Assembly: GCA_013265495.1 (NCBI GenBank) | Contig: MU058337.1 | Span: forward strand, 188,001 to 252,000 | Length of the DNA stretch: 64,000 nt | Direction: 5' to 3' | Origin: Vicugna vicugna | Lineage: Eukaryota | Made by a program: the position numbers and the translations under genes | Shown here: positions 53,641 to 64,000 of the stretch, in pieces | How the letters are laid out: the number at the start of each line of letters is the position of its first letter | How positions within the stretch are numbered: position 1 is the first letter of the stretch | Notes under the pieces: generated by a model | The model's database searches: none | The model's input: the letters and a program-made list of their open reading frames with translations, nothing else | What the model was told of the DNA's origin: nothing

Positions 53641-55356
53641 AAGGTTACACCTGGTGGCATTTCTATTGTGATAAAATGTGATATATTATAAGACTAGCAT
53701 TAGACAAGAGTCAAGGGACCGTTGTCTTTGTGACTTTGAGTTTTTTTAATCACTGTTGCATTTACCTAAAATTATAGAATAATGTGCATTTTTTGACCTC
53801 AGAAAACACCTGAACACCTAAATACATATGCTTGCCTGTGTGCACATGAGTGTGTGTGTGCATGTGTGTGTAATTTTCTGGTTGGAGGAAAACATACGCA
53901 ATTGTAAAGGTAACTTTATTAAAATGGCATAAACATATGCCTGGCTCTAATTTGTTCTCAGTCTAGTGCATGACAGTTTCTATCTCCAAATTGTTTGTAC
54001 AAGCAAAACAAATGGCTACTAATTAGACAGATTTATCCCGGACATTCTGCCTGCTGAAAACTCAGCTCCTCATCTATTGAAATTTGTACTGAAGGTCTCT
54101 GAAATATTATTATGCTTTATTTTAGAAGATGTACACAAATGTCTATCAGCACATCCTAAGTGTAAGGCTAAATGGATCTAAACTTTTCTATGTCTGAGAA
54201 AATATGACATTAATGTAACACATTTAAAGGTGGGAAATCAATAACACAGTTAGGTTGCTGCTTATCAGGGTGCCAAGCAATTAACTGTATCATATTTTTA
54301 AAGTCAGATTTGCCATTGATCCGTTGAACTGGCCAAATTGGTGTAGTCAGCACTTTAAATCAATACAATTCATCATATGACTGATGCTTTATGAATACCT
54401 TAAAACTGGAAGTGAGGTGTCTACATTGCTAAATCAGTTAACTGGTCTAATGAAGAAAAGAAGCACAGAAAAAAGTATGGTGATGTCACGAAAATCAGAC
54501 AAGAATGCGATGGACCAAAGTTTTTACCAGGTGGAACGATGAGGAGTAAAACACTAAAGGAACACAAGACCTCTAAACTAAAAGAAAACCACTTTCCGTA
54601 ATCATAGCCTCTTCTCTCAAGATACTGCACCGCTGACAACCTCCAAGTCGACCCTCTGCCCTTTGGCCGATGGCTTGGACTTGAATTTACTTTGGACATA
54701 AATTCTGTGAAATGAAAGGGCTCAGCAAATCGAGTGACACTGCAGTGCTGGGAATGGTTGCCCTACGAGAGAACCCTCAGTAGTGGAATTGCAGACCTGA
54801 CCACTACTGAGCCAGGAACTTTTACTAATATGTTTATTAATAAAAATGCTACTTTTAAATAAAAGGTCTACAGTTAAACATAATTTCAGTTTAACAGAAG
54901 ACCAAATAATTGAGACTAAAGACATTTTTGAGCTTCAGATAAATGTTTCTTTACCACAGGAGACATAGGTTTATAATATATCCTATTAAGGATAAGCAAA
55001 AATGTATTATAAAGAATATTTAAAGACTTTGGAGTCCTTCTCTTGGCTTTTTAAAACTACATTTCAACATGAGACACTATTGATTGATTTCCTGGTAGAA
55101 ATGAACAGACTTATGTTGCTTATTATCAACATTATGTAACTGTATTTCTTTTTATGCCCCTTCATGAAGCTATACGTACTTTTATAACTCTATTCTCTAT
55201 TACTTTATTAAGGTTTGTAACAGTTTTTAAAAAGTTCAAAACCACAGTTCTTTCAGATAATCAGTCTCATTTCTATTTAAATAACTGTTATTTTCAGAAG
55301 TATTTGTTTCCCAAAGCTTCTCTAATTCTGAATTGTATCACTGTACCTTTCTTTAC

Positions 55357-55569
55357 CCGTCCATCCATCCATCCATCCATCCACCCAGCCACCCATCCAT
55401 CTATCCATCCACCCAGCCACCCACCATCCACCCGTCCATTCATCCATTCACCCACCCACCCATCCATCCACCCACCCATCGTCCATCCATCCACCCATCC
55501 ATCCATTCATCCATCCATCCATCCACCCACCCATCCATCCATCCATGCACACATCCATCTATCTATCTA
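55357..55569. repeat. Imperfect (CCAT/CCAC)n tetranucleotide repeat
   Basis: Direct reading; explains the PSIH/MDGW ORFs. Confidence 0.95.
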
Positions 55570-56044
55570 GTTAATCTTGGTATCTTTCCTATCACAAGGA
55601 TTTCATTAAGCAATCCAATGGTTTGCATATTTGAGATGGAAAAAATAAAAGCTGCTTGGAAGCTCTGTTTGTATGGGCAAGTCTTGCAACTAGCATCCTT
55701 GTCTCAGATAATTGTTCAGGAAGCAGGGCCATAACTCGGAGGGCTGTAATGTGAGCATCTTTGTTCCGGGACAAATTTCTGTAAAAAGGACCAATGCAAT
55801 GTTTAGCTTAGTGGATAGAACTTAGATGCTGGGTAGAGATGGGGGATGTTGTAAACTGACTTAAAACCAGACTTTCCAATAACCCATCCTCTTATTTTGT
55901 GCCCCAAGCCTCACTCTAGTGCTATTTGTAGCTGATATTTTGAGACTCACCGCTCTCTTGGGGTCCTGCCAATGTCTGTGTGCTCGTCTACAACCTACTT
56001 CTTTCCTACTCAACTCATTGGTCAGTATGTGATCTGTGGAATGA

Positions 56045-56192
56045 CGCATCAGCATCACCGAGGAGACAGAGAAACGCAGACTCTCAGATCCTACCCTGAA
56101 GCTACTGAATCAGAAGCTCGGGGGTGGTGCCTAGTGAATTGTGTCTTAATAGGTGATTTGTTTTAAGCAGAGACAGTTGGAGAATTGTTACT
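56045..56192. mobile_element. MER5A-like MITE
   Basis: CATCAGCATCACC...AGAAACGCAGACTCTCAG...CTACTGAATCAGAAGCTC. Confidence 0.65.
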
Positions 56193-56399
56193 CTGGACTG
56201 AAGCTTCCTCATCTCTACTTCATTGGTTATAACTTCTCCAACCATGGTCAGGCTTCCAGAAATCATGGCTTTCTCTTGTCAGACATGTTTCCTACTAATT
56301 TCATTATTGTGTTTTCATGACAGAGGTCTCAATAGTGTCTTTTGTCTCTGTTTTGGTGACTGATCAATAATTGGGTTGGAACAGACCTTGGTTTCTTCC

Positions 56400-57250
56400 C
56401 ATAGCATAATTTTTTTTTAACTTTCATGCATGTTCCAGCAGATATCAGAACTTCATTTCTCTTTATGGCTGGGCAATATTCTGTTACTTGTGTACATCAC
56501 ATTTTGTTTATCCGTACATTCACTGATGGGCATTTGGGTTGTTCTCGCTTTTGGGCTATTATGAATAATGCTGCTCTGAACATTCATGAACATTTTTTTT
56601 ATCAATATACCTTTTAAATTCTCTTGGGTACACATAAGAATGAAATTGCTGGGTCATATGTAACATTGTGTTTAACTTTTTGAGAAACTACCAAAAGTAG
56701 TTGCACCATTTTACATTTCCACCCACAATGTATGAGGTGTTCAACTTTTCCTCAGCCTAGCAAACACTTGTTATTATCTGTCTTTTTTATTTTAGCCACT
56801 AGTGGCTGTGAAGTGGGATCTCAGTGTGGCTTGATTTGCAGTTATCTGATGACTAAGGATATTTAGTATCTTCCCATGTGCTTATTTGTCATTTGTATAT
56901 CTTCTTTGGAGAAATGTTTATTTAAAATCTTTGCTCACTTTTAATTGGGTCATTTTTCTTTATACTGTTGAGTTCTAAGGTTCTTTATATATTTTAGGTA
57001 TAATTCCTTTACCAGGTGTATGTTTTGCAGATATTTTCTTCCATTCCATGGATTTTCATTTCACTTTCATGATGGTACCCTTAGAAACATCCAGTCTATT
57101 TAATCGGCATTATTTTTTTAATATCAAGAATGGATGTTGAATTTTACTACATGCTTTTTTCCTGTTAAAATATTTAGTTTATGTCACAGACGGTGTCCTA
57201 GTATTGAATTAAATTTGTATTTCCAAGATGTACTTAATTGATTATGACCA
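56400..57250 (-). mobile_element. L1MB-type ORF2 end / 3' region
   Basis: CTGATGGGCATTTGGGTTG...GCTATTATGAATAATGCTGCT...TGTATATCTTCTTTGGAGAAATGT. Confidence 0.9.
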
Positions 57251-57261
57251 AATTTTATATT

Positions 57262-57269
<8 letters not shown>

Positions 57270-57292
<23 letters not shown>

Positions 57293-57293
57293 A
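57270..57293. repeat. (TG)n microsatellite
   Basis: Direct reading. Confidence 0.95.
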
Positions 57294-58418
57294 CACATAC
57301 ATGCTTTTGCTTTGTTTGCTTGCTTATGTTTGCCTCTTTGTTCTGACCAAGTCTCGGGGTAAATATTACTTTTATGGTAACTAAGCCTTTGTGTTTCTAA
57401 TATTACCAGATATAAATATTTAATGCATTCTTACTTGGTGCCTGAACAAGGTTATATATTGGCTCTCCTGGGCCACATATGGCTCACAGAAACACTGTCT
57501 GGCACACACAATACTGCAAACACTGGGACAGCTCCCCTACAAAGATGTGGAGATTCAGTTTTATCTGCAAACTCTAACTAGGTATCCCTGAGCTCGTATC
57601 CCCACCCCAGCAACAATCAAAGTCTGCTTTCCGGTTTCCCCTGGGGGCGGGTGGTGTGGGTCCCAGATTGCTACCGTCTTCTGTGCTGTTGATTATCATT
57701 CAGTCATTGATGGTATCTTTCTAGAGCCTCTGGACATATGAGTTTGTAATCTCTGGAGTAAAGGTCAGAACATTTACATCTTCATTTTAAACGTATTCTT
57801 CCATTTTTTCTGCTCATACATTTTGTAGTACTTCTTTATATATAGATAGTATTTGTTCTGTGTGTATGTGTTGAATGAGAGATAGGAAAGGTACCAGATC
57901 GCTTGACAATTTCAAGTGCAATAATAGAAACCTGAAAGACATAGAGTAACAGGATGGAGGCACCTTCCCTATCTTTGGTGGTCAAGAGGGCTTTCCTGAG
58001 AGAGATGCCCCTCTCAGGTGTTGGAGTCTGGCTGTCCCACTTCCAAGAAGAAGAGACGGGTGCAGAGGTGATACAGAACCTGGCACAAGTCACCAGAGCC
58101 CTGAAGAGACACAGCTTAGGCTTACTCTGCATTGAGCAAAGGGTCACTTCTTATTTTTGCAGTTTTGGGTAACAATTTTAACTCTCTTCGCTATTTTAAT
58201 ATGTCTCCAAGCTATTTCAGAATATTAAGCTCCCCAGCCATTCCCAGGATATTTTGAGTCATTTTGCCTAGTTTTCCTGTTCACTAGCATGCAGGTGAGA
58301 ACATGGAGCTCAGCTAACAATGATCTATTCTAATTTTTCAGTTCACTGACTAGTCTAATTATCCAAAACTTGGCACCATCTATTCAATACCCTTCATTGG
58401 GTTGGATGTAACAGAGGA

Positions 58419-58441
58419 TGTGTGTGTGTGTGTGTGTGTGT
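58419..58441. repeat. (TG)n microsatellite
   Basis: Direct reading. Confidence 0.95.
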
Positions 58442-60024
58442 TACACATATAGTGTGAACATTTAATAAGCAAATTCTTCCATTAAATAGCACACCCCGGA
58501 GTCTTGTCAATCAGGCACCCTTCAAAGGAATGTGGATGCCACTGTCTTAAAAAGAAGTCTATTTTTTTTTGCAAATAATACTCAATAATTTTAATAGTCT
58601 ATATGAAATTGCTTTTATGTAAACACAGAACACAAAAAAACTGTTTTTCACCCAGACACACCCTGCAAAGAATAATTTGTTATGTTTTTTAAAAGTATGT
58701 GTTACATTTATATTATATTCACTTTCAGTGACTGATTACAATAACCTGACACATTCATTTTATTATGTATGGCTTTAAATTATATTAAAAACATATGTAA
58801 GGATTTTGTTAATTTAAATAAAGCCATTATTCTATATAAACCAATTTGAAATCAACTGCCTTTTCTAAATGCCAGAGTATTCAGTTGTAAAATACCTATT
58901 TAATGTATGATGTAGTTCATGATTAATATCCAAGTTTAAAAAAGAAGAAAACAATGACCGTAAGCGAATATCTTATTCTAGACAAAGTGGTGATGAATTA
59001 AAGTGATGGGAAATTTTCTTTAACTTATGTTGCTGAATTTCATTTTCATTATTTGGATTGCTCAATAAAGACTCCGCAGTAGTTATCTGATCAGCAGAGT
59101 TATTTCTGCTGAAAAGCAATTTTGTGGGAGAAATCAGGCTTCCCCGGTGACGCTTTTTTGGCCACCCAGCCAGAGAGGGTCCTTCAAGGAGTCCCAGCCC
59201 AGTACGCTCACCCAGGCCCAGGTCTGGCACTCATTTCTGCAGGCTTAGATATTTGCTGGCTTGTGCACCCAGCGGTTATCACGTTCCAGCGTTCAGACAT
59301 CATTGAAACTCAAACTTACATAAAAATATATCTACCAAGTGTATGGGATACTTGGCTTCCCCATTTATCAGCCTTCCCCCATAGCTGGGATGTCACGGAA
59401 GCCGAATGACAGCCAAAGGAGCGAGCTGGTGATGTCCATGGTTCTGGCTGGGATGCTGAGGTAACAGACTGCATTATCCACTCCCCTGTTACTCCTGTGC
59501 CACAGGCCAGATATTTATATTCATACAGTGGAAACTTAAATATCTTAATATGCTTAAACACCTCGAATACTGCTTAAGGTAATTTGCGCTATTATTTATT
59601 TTTATATTTAATTCTCAATATTCTTATCACCAACTCTTGTACAGCTTACAAATATGTTGGTTTACATCTCATTATTCTATAGGAAAATCTTCAAGTTAAA
59701 TGCAAACAGGAAGCTAAGGAAGATGCAGTTTTCATCTTTTCATGTAAAACATTCATCAAAAAATGGTTTAACCAGCTACTTATTGATTTATGTGACTTAG
59801 GAATTTAGAATCCAAGATATGTTCTGAATATATAATATTTTTTAAGTCTTTCTACCTGCACTGTTTTTTATCTTCAGCACAAAAGATTGTTTATTTTTTA
59901 CAAGCTTACACATAATTTTCAGAGTAGATAAGGGCATCAGAAATATTATAATAAATATTTCAGTAACATTTGGAGACATCAATACGTCTTAAATTGAATC
60001 TGTCAATCAAGGCAAGAAAGAGGA

Positions 60025-60950
60025 TTTATGCATATTCATATAACAAATACTTACTGAGCTCTGTTTTGTGGCACTTTCTAGAAATGCAGAGGTAAGTGGA
60101 TACAGTCCCTGCTGACAGGGGCCCACGGCCTAGTGGCAGGAAGATAATGTAAAAACCACCTATTTTACAGTAAAGCAGTTCCCTAAGTAGAGGTATATAA
60201 ACACTGCTATACGGTTTTAAATATGAAACGTTCAGTTCTGCTTGAGGCCATCCAGAAAAGTGCCTCGGAGAAAGCAGCATCTGAGCAGAGATTTGGGGAC
60301 TAAAAAGGGATTTTTCAAAGAGGCAAGTTCCAAAGGACCCCCAAGCCAAAGGGAGCAGCATCTACCAAGACAAAAACGTGAGTGATCGTAGAAGGTTCTG
60401 GAACCTAGAAGTCGTTTGCTGCGGCCGGATGAGAGGTACAGTGACAGAATGTAGCAGGAAGCAATGCTGAACAAGGAGAGAGGCCAGTTCAGAAAGGGAT
60501 TTGCAAACTCAGGACAATATCTTAGAATCTTACAAGGAAGGAGGAGGTGGTATCTTTCCTTGGACTTCTACGTTGAGATAATCACAGGTCCACGTGCAAT
60601 TGTAAGAAATAACACAGAGAGATCCCATGTGCCCTTCACCCCGTTTCCCCTAAAGCCACGCCTCGCAAATCTGCTTTTGTATTAGGAAAACTACTCTGTG
60701 GGTGACGTGGAGAGGACTGACGGGAGACACAGAGTGCGTCAAGGAACCACTGGGGAAGCTCGTCCACGGCCCAGGGTGGAGACACTGAGGGTCTCTAAGG
60801 TCGGACCAGCGCAGACGAAAGAGGAAAAAGTATTTGTGGGGTCTTTATGGTGACAAGTCGCGAGATTGGACGACTGGCTGCATGATAGAACCACGGAAAG
60901 GAAGGGATGTAGGAGGCCTCCAAGTCCTGTCCCAGAAGATGTGTGAACAG
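60025..60950 (-). mobile_element. L2, interrupted at ~60560-60670 by an L1MC-like 3' fragment
   Basis: CATATTCATATAACAAATACTTACTGAGC L2 tail; TGCAATTGTAAGAAATAACACAGAGAGATCCCATGTGCCCTTCACCC L1MC-like insert. Confidence 0.65.
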
Positions 60951-61057
60951 GTCACCGAAACAGAGTTCAGCCTCCTGCTTGTAAACTAGGACCCCTGCCC
61001 CTCTCGTGATGCTGCAGAATCAGGGGCCTGAAGATGGGTGTGACAGTTAAAGACTTG

Positions 61058-61278
61058 AGTTTGGGATGAATCGATACACACTAGTATTTATAAAACAGAG
61101 AAACAACAAGGGTCTACTGTATAGCACAGGGAATTCTAGTCAATTTCTTGTAATGAGCTGTAATGGAAAAGAATAAAATATATATATATATATATATATA
61201 TTCAACTGAATCACTTTGCTGTACATGTGAAACTAACATTATAAATTGACTATGATAAAAAAATAAGGATTATTAAAA
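61058..61278 (+). mobile_element. Short 5'-truncated L1 tail with 9-bp TSD
   Basis: L1 3' UTR with (TA)n; AAAGACTTG at 61049-61057 and 61279-61287; TT|AAA endonuclease-type site. Confidence 0.85.
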
Positions 61279-62974
61279 AAAGACTTGTCCCAGAGATCAG
61301 ACATGATTGGAAGCTTCCTGAACTGTGCCTAGTGATAGTCAGAACACAGTGGTCCTTTGGAAGAAGGGTGGTGGGTCTGTTTTGCAGGGCTCCTGAGTAA
61401 GGAGAGCAGCAGGGTGGGAGGGAGGCGTCACCTGAGAGAGCCAAACAGACGGCAGGAGAATATCTCTGGAGGGGCCTCCCTTCGGCCCCTAACCATCAGC
61501 ACTGATTCGTGCCAGGGCTGAGATCTTAGGGCCCAGAGGGGACTGAGAGCAGCAGGCTTCCCATCCTTGGTCTGCCTCTGAATGTCCGCACCTCTCATGG
61601 CACAGCCTTCCAGACCGATCTGGAGGTAGCCGCTGACTGGCTTGTGCCATAAGGGACATGACTCTGAACCTTGCAGTTGCTTCCTGAGCCAAAAAAAAAA
61701 AAAAAAAAAAGAGAGTCCACACATGGACACCCCGACAGCACTGACTGTGGTGCCAGCATTTAGTAGGAGAAAAACAAAATCATGGAATTGGTTTCTATGC
61801 TATGACTATGGCCAGGGAGCCCCAGTCCACAGAGGGGACATCAGACAACCTGGAACATAGTGGCATTGGTAATAATAGTAAACCTGTGTTGGACAGTTCC
61901 TAGTTCATAGCGTCCTAAGAATGGGGCACACGTAATCCGAGGTAGGCACCCAAGCACACCATGTAATAGGTGCCATCTTCTTTCTGCACACGTGGACACA
62001 AGGCACAAAGGGGTGCCACAGACTCCCGAGGTCACACAAGCTCACACAAGCGCCTGCACTGAGACAGCTGTCTGCAGAGGCTGTAGTTTTGAGCACCATG
62101 ATCTGCTGCTTCGTAAGGCGGGGCTGCCCCTCCCTGAAGGAGTCAGCCATCTCTAAAGAGAGCGCTCATCACATGATCAAATTGCTAGCCACAGTTGTTC
62201 TTTCAACACTGCAAGACTGGAAAGTGATTGCAACCTTGAATTTCACGTTTTAGTCCCGTACCTGGGAACTAGAAGGCGAACTTCCCAGCCCCCTTTTGTT
62301 CATTCTTCCGTAACAGCCGCGGCTGCATATGTTAAGTGAATGTTGGTCCGATTGCTCCCCTGTGAACAGTGACTGCTGAAAGCAGTGTGATTGGAAGGCA
62401 GAGTTAATTACTAAGACCTGAAAGTTTTCAGAAAGGAATGCTGGAAAAAATGTGTTCTTTTCAAAAAAGGCTTTGTCTTATTGTCAACTGGCCTAACGTC
62501 CAGCACTCCTGACCAGCACCAGGAACTAACTTCTGGGTAATAATCTACTTTGCTTTATAAACAGAATTGTTATAAATGTTTCTCAAGAGCTGTAATATGC
62601 TGGATTAACGTCACCTCTCACATGTAAGTCATGGTAGGCAAGTGAAATCTTCACATTCTCACAGTCTAATATTATGTCTTTCATGAGAAAATTTTGAATC
62701 TGAAGAAGTGTCGAGTTTATATATTTCACCTTTCTTCTTCCCATCAGGCTAAGGATGGTGGAATTGGAAAAGGAGCCCCCTTTTATTTTATAGAAGAAAA
62801 AGTCAAGGCCAAGGGGCCATGTTGGCTCCAGGCCAAACAAGATAGAAAACTAGAGTAAGGATGATGAAAAGGTTTCAACTCTAGTCCCAGCTTAGTAAAT
62901 GCGCAGTAAACTGGCTGTCCTGGGGGCCGTTTGAGGCAGGACTCTGAGCCCAGTGCCTCAGTGATCCATTGGTG

Positions 62975-63820
62975 ATGTCGGCCTGGGCCGGGCCTGGGGA
63001 GGGAGGACCACGTGCACTAGCCCTTGACAAGACGAGGGGCTCCCGGCCCTTCAGCATCCTAGCGGTATTCCATGTCTCAGTCACCAGGAAGGACCACAGA
63101 AAGGTCACCCGTTTCCCGGGACATTTCCCCGTTCTTCCCTGGGCTCGGGTCAGTGAGCAGCCCCACCGAGGAGGCCCGCGCGTGCGGGAAGGAACAGGAG
63201 CGCGGTCCGCGTGGGGGCGCCCTGCAGGCGCCGCAAGGCTCGCGCGACGTAAACGTGTCTGTCGTCACCCCCGCGGGCCAGTTTAGCTTTGTTCAAGCCT
63301 GCTAATCCCTCTGGATGGCCCAGCACAGCTGTGGCATTTGAACGCAGGCCCACAACAGACACAACCCTTAGGAAGCCCTGGCCCTGCCGCTTTCCGGGAT
63401 GAGCGCGTCCCCCACACCGCCCTCTTCACAGCCTGGCTGCGCTTTCCCACCGTCCTGGGCCGCCGGCGTCCCAGGTCAGCAGCCTCTTCGGGGTGTGCCA
63501 TGGTCCCCGCCTCCTTCGGCGAGCTCGTAACCAAAACGAAGGGAGGGAATAGTGCTGCTCCTTTACACTAAGGAGGGGTTAAAAGCTCATTTTCTACTTG
63601 GGCACGTGCTTCCTTATTGGTTTTGCTTTCCGACCCTGGAGCTACCAAGTGGGCAGGTCGCTGCATCTAAATACGATGGTGAACGTCGCCGTCACCAAGG
63701 TCCGGGAGAGCGGACGCGTGCTTCCAGCGACCGAGTTACTGCGGCCTGCCAACGTCCCACTGACGACTCCGCTAACGGGGGTTCCGAAGAAGTGGCCGTT
63801 GTTAGCTGGAGTTCCCGCAT
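62975..63820. promoter_or_regulatory. Second CpG-rich island-like region
   Basis: Many retained CpGs (e.g. GCGCGTGCGG, GCTCGCGCGACG) in non-repeat sequence. Confidence 0.6.
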
Positions 63821-64000
63821 AATAAACGTTTTATTTTAATACCAGTTCTCCCATGCCATCCTCATAAGTAATTGCTAAAACAATTGATTAAAGCATTATA
63901 TTTTTAGTAGAATTAAATCGCACTGCAGTGGTGAACACTTTCTGAAGTTACAAAGACATTTCTTATTAGTACTACTGAATTACCTGAGGTTTATCTGGGA

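Noticed and set aside
54349..54358. GCACTTTA miR-17-family seed match
   Set aside because: It is on the plus strand, opposite to the candidate UTR; a single 8-mer is expected by chance.
1..64000. CRISPR arrays, operons, rRNA, NUMT, full-length provirus or intact L1
   Set aside because: None seen; the sequence is mammalian non-coding DNA with only truncated or decayed elements.

Overview
This is mammalian genomic DNA, most likely camelid (alpaca/llama/camel). That call rests on three copies of a tRNA-Ala-derived SINE of the camelid Vic-1 type and on artiodactyl-type L1 3' ends. The dominant feature is a strong CpG island (~11.4-12.9 kb) that looks like the promoter and non-coding first exon(s) of a minus-strand gene. 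Its candidate second, 5'-UTR exon lies at 928-743, and its coding region would lie left of the window; I cannot identify the gene. The rest is largely intergenic or intronic and rich in L1, L2, MIR, MaLR/ERV LTRs, hAT/Tigger MITEs and microsatellites, with a second CpG-rich patch at ~63-63.8 kb. No ORF in the track is a convincing intact gene; the only recognisable peptides are decayed L1 ORF2 C-termini. I found no well-supported novel biological system. The best leads are: an ancient ~245 bp local duplication (43.0 kb vs 50.1 kb); a splice donor that appears to sit in an L1 fragment; a speculative chain of minus-strand exons at 46-64 kb; and possible exons of a divergent plus-strand lncRNA. 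Repeat family names and most boundaries come from visual recognition and are approximate.
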